This document shows, one piece after another, positions 32,048-43,048 of a stretch of DNA of 64,000 nucleotides. The position numbers and the translations under genes are program-made. Location: positions 165,621 to 229,620 of the forward strand of contig CAVNZM010000019.1 of the NCBI GenBank assembly GCA_963693365.1, read 5' to 3'. The notes beneath the pieces were generated by a model that saw nothing but the letters and a program-made list of their open reading frames with translations, was not told the origin of the DNA and ran no database searches. Within the stretch, counting starts at the first letter, position 1, and every line of letters begins with the position of its first letter. The stretch is from Amoebidium appalachense (lineage: Eukaryota > Protista > Ichthyosporea).

Positions 32048-33676
32048 TCACGCATTTATGTTGAGATACCAGCCGGCCCAGTCGCACCAGCGCCACGTCA
32101 GGTTCCGTGTGGCGTCATAGTAGTCCACGTCCTTGTACTGCTGCGCGTCGACGGTGCCATCTGGCTTTGCGCCCTCGAGGTCGTCCAGGCGCACGATGCT
32201 TCCCGTGTAGTAGTTGCCAGTCGTTTGTGCGGGCCACGGGGAGCCCGTGTAGAAGGAGGACACCAGAGGTTCATTGTTGTCGCTTGTAAAATCAAATTTC
32301 GCACACGAAACGCCTGGGTTGGCGGCCTCCATGAGGCGCCCCATTTCGTTTGTGTCCCAGAACGGTTCCGTACTATCCCTGACCGACTGCTTTGTTTTTG
32401 CGGTGTTGATTGCCACATTATAAGGCAGTGCCACGTATCTGTACTTTGTAGCCTGAGGGACAACACAGACAAACTTTGTTTTGTGGCCGTACGATACGCT
32501 TATCTCATCCATGCCGACGTCCAATAGTATGTTCTCGTTGTTGATGGCGCCTCCGAAAATATAGGAATCGCTTCTCCCGTCGCTGACAAGATAGGCGGGA
32601 ACGGGTGTGTTCGAGAGCCAACTGAGGGACTCCGTGCAGAGGGCGCCTGGTGGGGCGGTCCAGCTATCCGATCCGAAGCTCGGGTACCTCCTCTCAACGG
32701 CGACAAAGCCCGGCTTGGGGACAAGGTAGAAGAAGTTGTCCGTTTGGAACATGTTGCGGTACAGAGAGGGCATGCCTGCGACATCTGGTGCTGCATACGT
32801 GCCTGCAAGGGACCCGGTGGTAACATTGACACATCGGACCGTTCCAAATTTCGAGCCGTGCGCCCACGTGAAGCACAAAGCTGCGAAGGTAGGACCCTCC
32901 TTGTAGATTATCCCAAACGTCACGGCCCCGGGCGGCACGCGCGGGCTGCGGACCCAGCGGTAGCCGGGCCCGTCGATCTCGTTGAGCACGAGCGAGCGGG
33001 CGTCGCGGCCGGGCACGCCCAGGTCGTACGTCCACAGCTCGATGTCCTTGACGGCGTGCTCGGTGTAGTCGGCCGTGGATGTGTAGGCGCACAGCGAGAG
33101 AAAGGTACTGGCGGTGGATGAGGGGGTCAGGTCGGCCAGTGTGTATGTCAGGCGCAGCCGGCCGAGCGAACAGAACACGTAGCCGGCGTCCGGGGCGATG
33201 CTTATGACGCACGTCTGCCAGGCGCCGTTGGTGCCGTTGGCCGGCCATCCCAGGAAGTTGAACGAGCCGTTGGGCTGGTAGGACACGACCTTCCCGGACC
33301 CCGGATTGAACTGCAGGCGGAACTCCTTGCCGGCGACGGCTCCGTTTGGGAACGAGGTGGCCTGGTTCCACGACACGTACAGGGCCTCCTTCTGCGGGGT
33401 GGACCCGGCGCCGGTCCTGAACTTGAAGGACAGCACGAAGCGCTGCCCGGGGCACACGGGCCAGTACACGTAGCCGGTCTGGTTGGCGGCGCGGTTGGTG
33501 AGGCGGATCTCGGCATTGGCCCTGTTCATGTAGGCGCTGCCGCCGAGCGTGCCGGTGGTGGGGCACGCCCAGTTGGTGCGGGCCCAGTTCTCGGGGGTCT
33601 CCTGGAGCACACATCGGGGGGGCGAGCCCTCGATGTTGAGGATGCGCTGTGTGAGGCGGGCGAGGCGGTCCGCCAT
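32048..33676 (-). CDS. lectin-like (ConA/L-type) plus DM9-like protein, head paralogue 1
   Basis: starts MADRLARLTQRI; GGSAYMNR..EIRLT..Q.GYVYW; VPPGAVTFG; ends WRW..GWYLN. Confidence 0.65.
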   Translation of the reverse strand: MADRLARLTQRILNIEGSPPRCVLQETPENWARTNWACPTTGTLGGSAYMNRANAEIRLTNRAANQTGYVYWPVCPGQRFVLSFKFRTGAGSTPQKEALYVSWNQATSFPNGAVAGKEFRLQFNPGSGKVVSYQPNGSFNFLGWPANGTNGAWQTCVISIAPDAGYVFCSLGRLRLTYTLADLTPSSTASTFLSLCAYTSTADYTEHAVKDIELWTYDLGVPGRDARSLVLNEIDGPGYRWVRSPRVPPGAVTFGIIYKEGPTFAALCFTWAHGSKFGTVRCVNVTTGSLAGTYAAPDVAGMPSLYRNMFQTDNFFYLVPKPGFVAVERRYPSFGSDSWTAPPGALCTESLSWLSNTPVPAYLVSDGRSDSYIFGGAINNENILLDVGMDEISVSYGHKTKFVCVVPQATKYRYVALPYNVAINTAKTKQSVRDSTEPFWDTNEMGRLMEAANPGVSCAKFDFTSDNNEPLVSSFYTGSPWPAQTTGNYYTGSIVRLDDLEGAKPDGTVDAQQYKDVDYYDATRNLTWRWCDWAGWYLNINA

Positions 33677-33709
33677 TGAGTAGGGCAAAACAAATGTGCG
33701 CAGTGGGCA

Positions 33710-35311
33710 ATGGCGGACCGGCTGGCGACGCTGGACGCGCGAATCGACAAGCTGGCAGGGCGGCACACGACGACGCTGGTGCTTGAGAACGCCGAAACGT
33801 GGAGCGCCACGCAGCAGGGCACGGCGTGGGTGGCGCCGGCGGCGGGCGTGCTGGGGGGGACTGCGTACATGAACAGGGCGGGGGGGGAGATCCGGCTGAC
33901 GGACAAGCAGAGCAGCCAGCACGGCTATGTGGTGTGGGTAATGCCACCCGTGGACAACTTCCAGCTTGCTTTCCAGTTCAGGGCCGGCGACGGCACGACC
34001 AGCGGTGCCGATGCCTTGTGGGCCAACTGGTTTAGCTTGGGGCAACGGTACTCCGGCCAGCGATACCAGGGGGAAGACGAGCTGCTGCAGCCCGGGGCGT
34101 ACCGGCTGACGTTTGACGAGTACGAGGCGCAGTCGCGGGTGTACTTTGGCGCCACGGTGCTGGGCACAGCCACGTACCCCCGAGCCGGCACCAACGGGGT
34201 GTGGTGGACGTGCATGGTGCGGTTTGCCGCCAAGACCAACGGGCTGCAGGTGCTGCTGGACAAGGGAGCGGGCTGGACGCAGCTGCACACCCAGACACCC
34301 ACACAGCCTGCCCCCACGCGCGCGACCATCCTCTCACTGTGCGCACGCACGGGCGGGCTCTCGTGCGAGCACGCCGTGCGCAACATCACGCTCACCACCA
34401 ACACGCCGTCGCCCGGGTGCGACGCCGCGCTGACGGCCATCAACGAGCTCGAGTTTCCCACGCACACGCTTGTGCGTGCGAGCCGACCGCCGCCGGGGGC
34501 CGTGACGTTTGGGGTACATGTTAATCTGGGGCCGATCTATGCGGGGTTCTGCGCATCAGCACACGGCATGGTGCCGTGCAAGATTTCGGCGATCGGAAGC
34601 CCGATGACGGCGTACTACGCCCTGGGTGGGGCGTCCTACTCAAGCACAACGTTCTTCTATGTGGTGCCCAAGGCCGGGTTTGTTGCAACGCGCAGGCGGC
34701 AGATCGGGGGACCGCCCAATAGCGCGCTGTACATCGGCAAACCACGGGCAGCGCAAGAGCGTGGCGCCCTGTACCTCATCTCTCTGGAACGCACGGACAC
34801 GTTCACGTACGGCTCGTACGAGCCGGGGGGTTCGATCCTGTGTGAATACATGGGCGCTATCACGCTTACAGACGACGGGTCGTGGGAGTACGTGTGCGTC
34901 GTCCCGCAGACCACCAAGGGGCGGTACGTGACGCTCCCACGAGGCGTCTGCACAAGTTCTGTAGGTGGTGAGTGGTCACCGGCGACTACCTTCACGGGCC
35001 TGGACGTGGACGAGATCGTGGCGGAGGGCGAGCGCATGGCGGCCGCAAAAGGGGTCACGCTCATGGCCGTGGACTACTCGTACAAGCCGGCACTGGGGCG
35101 GGGGTACTACTTCAAGCCGGCCCCGTCGTGGCCGGCCAAGACCACGTGGCGGGACGGGGCGTGCATCATCCGCACCGACGTGTTCGAGAACGCCAAGCCG
35201 CGTGTATCGCCAACGGCGTACACCAACGCCGACTACACGGACACCAACCTGCTGGTGTGGCGCTGGCACGCTGCCTGTGGCTGGTACCTGAACATGGCCA
35301 TGCTCGCCTAG
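33710..35311 (+). CDS. lectin-like plus DM9-like protein, head paralogue 2
   Basis: EIRLTDKQSSQHGYVVW..FQLAFQFR..SGADALW..LTFDEY (L-type lectin pattern); PPGAVTFG; WRW..GWYLN. Confidence 0.7.
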   Translation: MADRLATLDARIDKLAGRHTTTLVLENAETWSATQQGTAWVAPAAGVLGGTAYMNRAGGEIRLTDKQSSQHGYVVWVMPPVDNFQLAFQFRAGDGTTSGADALWANWFSLGQRYSGQRYQGEDELLQPGAYRLTFDEYEAQSRVYFGATVLGTATYPRAGTNGVWWTCMVRFAAKTNGLQVLLDKGAGWTQLHTQTPTQPAPTRATILSLCARTGGLSCEHAVRNITLTTNTPSPGCDAALTAINELEFPTHTLVRASRPPPGAVTFGVHVNLGPIYAGFCASAHGMVPCKISAIGSPMTAYYALGGASYSSTTFFYVVPKAGFVATRRRQIGGPPNSALYIGKPRAAQERGALYLISLERTDTFTYGSYEPGGSILCEYMGAITLTDDGSWEYVCVVPQTTKGRYVTLPRGVCTSSVGGEWSPATTFTGLDVDEIVAEGERMAAAKGVTLMAVDYSYKPALGRGYYFKPAPSWPAKTTWRDGACIIRTDVFENAKPRVSPTAYTNADYTDTNLLVWRWHAACGWYLNMAMLA

Positions 35312-35334
35312 CACATTTTGTGGGGGACTGCATT

Positions 35335-37719
35335 ATGGGCGACCGTGTGAGTGCCCTTACAGCTCGCATTGCGTGGCTGCCCACCAGCCAGCAGGGATCG
35401 CGGTGCCTCGTCTGGGAGACCCCGGACGTGTGGGCCGCCACGGGCTGGCAGGCCCCGGCCACAGGCCACCTGGGAGGATGTGCGTACTTGGACAAGACAG
35501 GGGGGGAGATCCGGCTGACCCCGGGCACGGCCAGCCAGCTGGGCTACGTGTTCTGGCCCCTGCATGCGGGCCGCCGGTTTACGCTCAGCTTCGAGGTGCG
35601 GGTCAAGCGCTTCACGGCGCTGCCGGGAACCAAGATATGGGCGGCCGTGTGGAGTCCCGTTCTGGGGCACGCATCGAGCAGTGGAAGCACCAACGTGGAC
35701 CTTCGGCTGACTATGGACGGCCAGGCCGGTACGCTGAGCACCGAGACGCTCACGCAGTCCGTGGATCTCGACTCCACGTACACGACGACGGGGGCCTGGA
35801 CGCCAGTTGTGATTGACGTGGTCCGGGACCAGCGGGTGACGTACGTGCACGGGGCAGCCACAAAGACCGTCACAAGCACGGCTGTGACGACGTCCGTGTC
35901 GCCCAGCAGCAGCTACGTGTGCATCGGCGCACAGACGGGCAGCAGCTACAGCGAGGTGGGCGTGCGCAACGTGGCGCTGCACTGCATGGATCCCGAAGCC
36001 ATCGGGCGGGACGTGCGGCGGCTGGCGTGCAACGAGGTGGAGTTTGAGACCTACACGCTGGTGCGCCGGGCGGTGCCACCGCGCAATGCCGTGATGTTCC
36101 AGTGCGACGCGTATGGACCGGTGTGGGGGGGCTTCTGTGTGACTAAGGAGCACGGGCTGATGCCATGCAAGATAGTGAGCAAGAACAACACCGAGCCGGT
36201 GGCTGTCTACGGGGTCGGAACCTTAGACATGTCCACATCCGATTTCGTTGATAAACCCGAAGGCGAGTCCCGTCAGATAACGGCGTCCGTATTCTTCTAC
36301 CTAGTCCCAAAGCCGGGCTTCGTGGCGTGCCGGCGGCCCCAGATCAGAAGTGTGGCTGCCGGGGCCGTGGCCGTAACGTGTGCAAGCATGTCAGGGAGCC
36401 GCACGCCGCTGTACCTGATCTACTGCGAGTACAGCAACGCGTTCGGACGGTACGACCCCAGCAAGTTTGCCGAGGTGCAGTCGTCGCAGGACAGGTGGAC
36501 ACGCATGCTTGACTGCGGGAGTTGGGACTACGTGTGCATTGTGCCGCAGACCACCCGAGCCCCCTGGGTACAGCTGGCAAGGAGAACTTTTTCGGCGGGT
36601 GCCTCGGTATCCAACCCAGCTGGAACAAACCATTGGGCGGCAATAGTCGCGTACGCAGACACAAAGGGTTACACAAAGGTTTGCTACGAAACCACCAGCA
36701 GTGCGCCCAATCTTAACTGTGTGTCTGGTGACATCAACACAAACGATGTCATGGTCCCCAATGGGGTGCGGTCGGCAGAATCTGTGGTGGTGAGGGCGGA
36801 TCTTTTGACCAAGACCATGCCGGGCGCAGCGACAAACACCTCGAGCTACGTGTCTACCACACTTGTCAACTCGTGTGTGCCATGGCGCTGGAACAACTGG
36901 TCGGGGTGGTACGTCTACATGCCGTATGCACGCTCGCGCTGGTACGTGTTTGACCAGCTGGCCGACCACAGCACCAGCAACACATTCAACGACTGGACAG
37001 ATGCCAGCAATTTCGGATACGCAAGCCCGCAGCAATGCATGGCACGTGCAGAGGCCACCTCGGGGTGTCGGCAATTTGGCTTTGCGCCCGTCGTCAATGT
37101 AGGCGGTGTCTATGGCTACTGCTATATGCGCAAGACGGTGGCAGCGTGGCCGTTGCAGGCCTGGACAAATCCACCCGGTATTTCCGCCTGGACTTACAGT
37201 ACGCAGCAAACATATATCATGGAGCCTGATGTTCCAGAGGCCTACCGGAACCAAGGAGTCCTGTGCGAATGGAACGGCTATCACATTCGGAGATGGGCTG
37301 TTGAACTTGGCACGTACCCCATGTCGCCCTGGGGCTCGGCATCGGGGTTTGTGACCACTGTCGCAAAGTGGATCTGGTCCGTGCCTAACGCGCATCTGGG
37401 TTGTATGCCCAGCTGGACGTACGGCTACAAAACCTACGACAACGGGAGCTCCCCCCTTGATGTTGTGATTCATGCGCTGTGCGACAAGACGATGCAAGTG
37501 AGTGTGAACGGCATTAAGCTCGGAGTGGTAGTCGGTGGCTGGACGACTACCTCCTACCCCAAGATCAATGCTACCCTACAGCCCTTTGGAAACGTCGTTA
37601 GTTTCGTGGCCAATAACGGCACAGCAGCAAGCACCGCGGGAGTGCTGATTGCTGTGGTGCGCAGGGACAATGGCGCCGTGTTGTTTGTGAGCGATGGGTC
37701 ATGGACGAGTTCCATTTAA
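35335..37719 (+). CDS. lectin-like plus DM9-like protein with extra PAN-like and galactose-binding-like domains, head paralogue 3
   Basis: same scaffold (MGDRVSALTARI, EIRLT, CIVPQTT, WRW..GWY); extension QQCMARAE..CR..CYMR and AKWIW..CDK..VNG..N..AGVL..SDGSW. Confidence 0.65.
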   Translation: MGDRVSALTARIAWLPTSQQGSRCLVWETPDVWAATGWQAPATGHLGGCAYLDKTGGEIRLTPGTASQLGYVFWPLHAGRRFTLSFEVRVKRFTALPGTKIWAAVWSPVLGHASSSGSTNVDLRLTMDGQAGTLSTETLTQSVDLDSTYTTTGAWTPVVIDVVRDQRVTYVHGAATKTVTSTAVTTSVSPSSSYVCIGAQTGSSYSEVGVRNVALHCMDPEAIGRDVRRLACNEVEFETYTLVRRAVPPRNAVMFQCDAYGPVWGGFCVTKEHGLMPCKIVSKNNTEPVAVYGVGTLDMSTSDFVDKPEGESRQITASVFFYLVPKPGFVACRRPQIRSVAAGAVAVTCASMSGSRTPLYLIYCEYSNAFGRYDPSKFAEVQSSQDRWTRMLDCGSWDYVCIVPQTTRAPWVQLARRTFSAGASVSNPAGTNHWAAIVAYADTKGYTKVCYETTSSAPNLNCVSGDINTNDVMVPNGVRSAESVVVRADLLTKTMPGAATNTSSYVSTTLVNSCVPWRWNNWSGWYVYMPYARSRWYVFDQLADHSTSNTFNDWTDASNFGYASPQQCMARAEATSGCRQFGFAPVVNVGGVYGYCYMRKTVAAWPLQAWTNPPGISAWTYSTQQTYIMEPDVPEAYRNQGVLCEWNGYHIRRWAVELGTYPMSPWGSASGFVTTVAKWIWSVPNAHLGCMPSWTYGYKTYDNGSSPLDVVIHALCDKTMQVSVNGIKLGVVVGGWTTTSYPKINATLQPFGNVVSFVANNGTAASTAGVLIAVVRRDNGAVLFVSDGSWTSSI

Positions 37720-37740
37720 GGACAAAATGTCGCCCCCATG

Positions 37741-38116
37741 TATGCGGCGGCAGTCGGTTCTCTCCGAGGGCCTCGGGCTCGGCCGGCTGATGCGCAACGA
37801 CGTGTACGCGCGCGTGCGGTCGCTGAAGGAGGACGTGGCGCGCCTGGAGCACGAGAACGACCGCAAGGCATCGTTGGTTGAGCTGTACGTGCGCGAGATC
37901 GACGCCATGCGCAAGGACCTGCATGCCGTGTACGACAAGGTGGGCGAGCTTATTGACAACCTCGCCGACATGCAGCACGACCACAACGACTTTGTGCGGG
38001 AGATCGTGCGGCTGCGTTGGACGGTCATGCACATGGGCGAGGACCTGCGCCGCATGCAGCAGCATCCACCCGTGGAGCCCTCCTCGCCACGGTGGCAGTG
38101 GAACGCGCCCCGCTAG
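37741..38116 (+). CDS. coiled-coil protein
   Basis: heptad pattern LKEDVARLEHEN; start approximate. Confidence 0.55.
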
Positions 38117-38138
38117 CGGTATTTTCCGCGCGTCAGGT

Positions 38139-39110
38139 ATGTCGTATGAACCCTCGACGCTGAAGGGATACCTAGCCGCCAACCATGATCTGCGGGCAAA
38201 TGTTGTGAATCGCGGCAAACCGGCGCAGGCCAAGAATCAAGTCGAAGCACTCGGTGGGGGAAACCCGCCGATCCTTGCCCCCGAAGACCGCCAGAAGCTC
38301 CTGGGATGGCTGGCACGCGCCAGCACCGACCTCAAAGAGATACTGCTCGTGGACCGCGAGGAGGTGACCACGACCCATGCTCACATGGCTGCAAACCAGA
38401 AGGTGCTGCTGTACGGACCGGCCGGTGGCGGCAAGCTGCACTGTGTCTTCTCGGTGTGTCGGCGGGTCGGCGTGTTTCCGTGGGTGGTCATGGTAGGCGA
38501 GCTGCTGAACACGGAGAACCTGCCCTTGCTAAACTGGATTGCACAGCACGATCGACGAGGAGCCCTTGTTGTGCGAGATGCCCACAACCTGACGGAGCAG
38601 AGCATCTCGGTGCTTGTGCTCGGCCTAGCGTACGCGATTCCCATCATCGGGCTCGCGAGCACGGCATCGGAGGCGTCGTGTGCGACACGCAAGTACTTTG
38701 ATGCGACTGTACACTGGCCGGCTCTGCGCGAGTCGGAGGCTAAGCTGTGTATGCAGCTGTTCGAGACCGAATTACTTGAAAGGGATCAGGATGTGTTCAA
38801 GGGCCTCCTTGTTGCCGCTGAAGACCTGACGGTTGGTGCACTGGTGGGAGCCCTACAGGTGGCAAGACGTACCCTCGCCGAACAAATGTCTGTTTGTGCA
38901 GTCGGGAGGGGCGATGACGGTGCGGTGTTTTTTGACACGCGTGCTGATGTACAAAGAGTTGTTCTAGCGGATGCCGGCGACAAGTTAAACTGGAACGCGC
39001 TTAGCTCAAGCGTACCCCATACCATCTATGCAGTCATGCTCCTGTTGGCATGGGTCCAGGGCATGCTCTTGTCACCTGTCGACGCAACCGATTTTGCTTG
39101 CTACAGGTAG
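38139..39110 (+). CDS. degenerate AAA+-like ATPase
   Basis: VLLYGPAGGGKL Walker A; ALVVRDA in the Walker B position. Confidence 0.6.
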   Translation: MSYEPSTLKGYLAANHDLRANVVNRGKPAQAKNQVEALGGGNPPILAPEDRQKLLGWLARASTDLKEILLVDREEVTTTHAHMAANQKVLLYGPAGGGKLHCVFSVCRRVGVFPWVVMVGELLNTENLPLLNWIAQHDRRGALVVRDAHNLTEQSISVLVLGLAYAIPIIGLASTASEASCATRKYFDATVHWPALRESEAKLCMQLFETELLERDQDVFKGLLVAAEDLTVGALVGALQVARRTLAEQMSVCAVGRGDDGAVFFDTRADVQRVVLADAGDKLNWNALSSSVPHTIYAVMLLLAWVQGMLLSPVDATDFACYR

Positions 39111-39111
39111 A

Positions 39112-40149
39112 ATGGATCTGGACGAGTACACCCGAAGTCTGCTTACCATAGACCTCAATCCGGGGCCTATTAGTAAAGAAGAGGCAAGAGACTATTCCGA
39201 ATCGAATGTTTCATCGCTTCGCTGCCTCCTGTTTGCCATCCAGCTTTGGCTGGTCCGCGATCCTCAAACCCCCTTGGACCTGGTCGTGGATGACTCAGGG
39301 CAGACCCCGGCGCTGGTGGTTCCTGGTCTGGATTGGCGCGTTTTGAAGCTCCCGCTCTTTGCCCCGGCTTTCGCGATCCCGTATCCGGTTGCCAAACCAA
39401 CGTCGTTTGTGCAGCACGCGAACGACAGAACCTACGACAAAGACGAGCTTGCCGATCTGGTGACGGCCATGGTCCCGGGCATCCGGAGCATGATGCTCAC
39501 CCGGCCCCGCACGCACGCACGGCACCCCGTGCTGCCGGCCACCATGGCCGAGGCTGTGACGCGCGTGGACCCCGCCTTCGACAAGGTGGCCGCCCAGTTC
39601 GCCGACCTGGTGCGGGCGAGCACCCCGAAGGACTCGATGGAGGTGCTCAAGCGCGACCGCGAGATCAAGCTGCTGCAGCAGTGCCTGCTGGAGCTCGAGC
39701 TCGAGTACTTCCGGCTGCAGGCCGAGAACGAGCACCTGAAGGAGCAGGAGGCCGCCATGGAGAAGAACTTCCTGCTGCCATGGTTCAAAGCGCAGGAGGA
39801 CGTCTCGCAGCGCATGGCAATGTTCGAGGCGGCCGAGCGCGACGAGTACTCGCGCATGCGCAACTTCCAGCAGCAGGTGTCGGTGCAGGCGTTCAACAGC
39901 AGCCTGCAGGCGCAGAACAACGCGCTGCTTGCGGCGTCGGGTGCCGCCATCAACGCTCGCCCGACGGCGGACTTTGCTGCGATGCTCTCCCGCAAGCGCG
40001 AGCTGGATCTGGACGACTTCGAGGAGAGCATGAAGCGCATACGCATGGCAGAGGACCAGCAGAAGGCAGCCACCATCAACCCCGACACCTACCGTGACAA
40101 CATGACCATGCGTGAGGGCGTGACGTTCCCGTATTCGGCTGCAAAGTGA
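39112..40149 (+). CDS. hypothetical coiled-coil protein
   Basis: long ORF with strong GC3 codon bias. Confidence 0.65.
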   Translation: MDLDEYTRSLLTIDLNPGPISKEEARDYSESNVSSLRCLLFAIQLWLVRDPQTPLDLVVDDSGQTPALVVPGLDWRVLKLPLFAPAFAIPYPVAKPTSFVQHANDRTYDKDELADLVTAMVPGIRSMMLTRPRTHARHPVLPATMAEAVTRVDPAFDKVAAQFADLVRASTPKDSMEVLKRDREIKLLQQCLLELELEYFRLQAENEHLKEQEAAMEKNFLLPWFKAQEDVSQRMAMFEAAERDEYSRMRNFQQQVSVQAFNSSLQAQNNALLAASGAAINARPTADFAAMLSRKRELDLDDFEESMKRIRMAEDQQKAATINPDTYRDNMTMREGVTFPYSAAK

Positions 40150-40206
40150 ACAAAACCTAAAAACAGAGTTTGCGTTTCGGCTGCAAGGTGAGCGCCGGCG
40201 CCGAAA

Positions 40207-40572
40207 ATGCATGCAAGAACCATGACCCGCCGGCGACACTCCTCCACGGCTAAAACCTGCAAGAAACGCAAGGGAAAGAGACGTTGCTCAAGCAGGCACA
40301 CCCACAAACGGCCGGCCAAGCGGCGTAGCTCGCGCAGCGACAGAGAGCGCAGGCGCCATCGGTACAGGACGCAGTGGCGCACCAAGTACCTCGTGCTGCC
40401 TTCCCGCTTTTATGGTGACAGGCAGCGCACATCTCCAAGCGCTCCCACCACAAAGTATGACCCACCGGTGCGCACGACCTCGAAGGCTTCAGGGTGTGGC
40501 TACAATGTCGGCCCCGGGGAAACTGGTCGGCCATGCAAAAACATCCATGACGTAGCCGAACCGGAGTTTTGA
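40207..40572 (+). CDS. Arg/Lys-rich protamine-like protein (putative core protein)
   Basis: N-terminal half extremely basic (TRRRHSS..KKRKGKRR..RERRRHR). Confidence 0.5.
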   Translation: MHARTMTRRRHSSTAKTCKKRKGKRRCSSRHTHKRPAKRRSSRSDRERRRHRYRTQWRTKYLVLPSRFYGDRQRTSPSAPTTKYDPPVRTTSKASGCGYNVGPGETGRPCKNIHDVAEPEF

Positions 40573-40730
40573 TCTGGATCTAATTATATCTGATTTTCAA
40601 TCGGTTGCGCGCGATCCGATTGGTCGGCATGGGTCGACCGATCTGATTGGCTGGCATAAAACGTGGCTTCCTCACTTCGCTCCGGATCGCGCCGGCACGG
40701 CCAGTCCCATCTGAACTGCCTGCCGCGAAC

Positions 40731-41441
40731 ATGCATGTCTTTTGTCTGTTCTTGCTTGTGCTTGGGTGTAAGATACGTGCTCAGACGTTGTCCCGCTACG
40801 GTTCTGGGGATGGAAACGTGCTGTTTGCATACGAAGGGGTGGCCAACATAGACCGCTATCCCGATGTTGCACATCTCGCACACAGCCACATTGTGAGGGT
40901 GACGCATGCAGTTACGGGCGTCGGTTGGACATCGGGGACATACATACCGGACGGGACAGGCAACGGAGTGTTTGTGCTGACGTGTGCGCACGGGCCCCCC
41001 ACCAGGCACCCGGACCAGCTGGCGGTGGTGTTCCCGGACGGCACCGTATCCAACGCCACTGTGCGATACAGGAGCGCTGAGCATGACTTTGCCATCCTCC
41101 ATTCGGTATACGCACATGGGATGCACGACGACCGCTTTTGTCGCTACTACGCACCCCCCGCTGCCCCTGGCATGTCCGTGCTGGCCATCGGGCTCCCTGC
41201 GGGATACAGGGGTGTGCAGTTCAGTGTGGGGACGCTCTTGGACATACAGGGTTCCACGCAGGAACTTGTGTTCAGCGGGGCCGTAGACCGTGGGAATTCG
41301 GGGGGGCCCCTTGTGGACATGCGTGGGTGTTTGATAGGCGTTGTCACGAGGCGCAGGTACCGCATGAATGGCAGGGAGGTGTTTATTGGGATAGCGGTGT
41401 CTATTGCGGCCGCCCTGGAGGCGGATGCGCGCGGGTATTAA
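40731..41441 (+). CDS. trypsin-like serine protease, secreted
   Basis: signal peptide; LTCAH, HDFAIL, GNSGGP triad. Confidence 0.85.
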   Translation: MHVFCLFLLVLGCKIRAQTLSRYGSGDGNVLFAYEGVANIDRYPDVAHLAHSHIVRVTHAVTGVGWTSGTYIPDGTGNGVFVLTCAHGPPTRHPDQLAVVFPDGTVSNATVRYRSAEHDFAILHSVYAHGMHDDRFCRYYAPPAAPGMSVLAIGLPAGYRGVQFSVGTLLDIQGSTQELVFSGAVDRGNSGGPLVDMRGCLIGVVTRRRYRMNGREVFIGIAVSIAAALEADARGY

Positions 41442-41469
41442 AGCAGTCGCACGGGCAGTGCCCGTCACA

Positions 41470-42147
41470 ATGGACCTGATTTCGCGCCTGAAACAGCACG
41501 AGCTGCCGTACCCACAGGGCTCCCAGGCATGGCTGCGGGAGCGCTCCTGCATGCTGACTGCCTCCGACGTGGGTGCGGCTCTGGGGGTCAACCCATACGA
41601 GACCCGCCAGGACCTTATACGGCACAAGGCGGGCCTGGAGAGGCGCTGCGTGGACCCTGTCTTTGTTGCGTTCGGCCACAAGTACGAGGATGAGGCGGCT
41701 GATGCGTACGCCCGGAGCACAGGCCGGTCGTGTTTCTCCCTCGGGCTGGTGCGGCACCCCGTGCATCGGTGGCTGGGCGCGAGTCCGGACCGGGTGACGT
41801 TCTGTGGGCGCGTGGTGGAGATCAAGGTGCCCTACAGGCGCAGGTTCATGGAGGGGCAGGAGATCCCGGGACACTACCTGGCGCAGGTGCAGACGCAGCT
41901 GTTTGTCCTGGATCTGGACGTCGCGGACTTCGTGCAGTACGATCCACGCGACGGCTCGCTTAGGGTGGACGAGGTTTTGCGGGACCCCAACTGGTGGAGG
42001 GACAACGGGCGCAGCCTGATGGCATTCCAGGGGAAGGTGCTGGACGTGCGTGCCGACCACGAGCTGCAGGCGTGGGAGGAGGAGGAGCCAGCCGAGCCAG
42101 GCAAGTGCATGGTGCCATCCACGACGACACTCACGGGCTCTTCTTGA
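41470..42147 (+). CDS. YqaJ/lambda-exonuclease-like viral recombinase
   Basis: QGSQAWLRER..LTASD..GHKYE..LGASPDR..VEIKVP..YLAQVQTQL. Confidence 0.92.
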   Translation: MDLISRLKQHELPYPQGSQAWLRERSCMLTASDVGAALGVNPYETRQDLIRHKAGLERRCVDPVFVAFGHKYEDEAADAYARSTGRSCFSLGLVRHPVHRWLGASPDRVTFCGRVVEIKVPYRRRFMEGQEIPGHYLAQVQTQLFVLDLDVADFVQYDPRDGSLRVDEVLRDPNWWRDNGRSLMAFQGKVLDVRADHELQAWEEEEPAEPGKCMVPSTTTLTGSS

Positions 42148-42645
42148 GCTTCCTGTTCACAAAGAACTTTAGGACCGGCAGCGGTACGAAGACAAGAACG
42201 TAGGGGTGGACGGCAAGGTAGACAAGCAGCAGACACCTGCTCAGCCAGTGCGCGTGACTCCTGTGGTCGGTGTGTACGTGTTGTGGTTCGCGCTGTTGTA
42301 GTGCTGGCGAAAACGGGTCGGAGGAGTGCATGGCGGTGTTTGGTGTAGGGCATATACAATGTCACGGAAGGCCGGCGCCACGCAGTGCTGCAGAAACAGC
42401 CGCACGGCCGCGCGACGCAGGGCAAAGAGAGCCCGGGCAAAGCGGAAACGAAAAGCAAAGCGGCTACGAGGGCTGTGGGAGCCGGAGTACCACGTTCAAG
42501 ACTACACGTGGGGTTTGCCATTCAGGACGGCTATGGCTGGGGGGGAGACAGTGACTACGACATATCCTTTGAGATTGGTCAGAATGGTGTGATCCCGTGT
42601 TTATTTGAATAAAACTGCCCTGCCAGAGGGAAGAGAAATCCACCC

Positions 42646-43048
42646 CTACTCGTCGTCTACAACGGACTCGGTTTCGATGTAGTTGTCCTTGTCGATGTGC
42701 TTTAGAGACTGCTTCGTGGCCACCTCCTCCTCGGGGACGGCGGAGAGAAATGCCAGGAGGTCGTTGGCCTGCTTGGTGTCCTTGAAGTACACCTCGAACT
42801 GCTTTCGCAGATAGTTCTCGCTCAGCGAGGGCTTCTTGACGGCCTCGTGGAGAATCAACAGGTCCTTGGTGGGCAGTTCCAGTGACCGCACGTTCTCGGT
42901 GGACATATACTTGAGAATGGCCTTCTTTATCGTGTTCAGTTTTCGGCTGATGGGTTTGGTTTGTGCGCTCTGCTCCTTGAGCTGGGCGTGGAGCGTCGTG
43001 TAATCCCGGAGCACACCTTTCAGGCCGTCAATAGAGGATATTTCCATG
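42646..43048 (-). CDS. conserved NCLDV coiled-coil protein (DUF5760-like)
   Basis: LHAQLKEQ..ILKYMSTENVRSLEL..KKPSLSENYL pattern. Confidence 0.55.
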
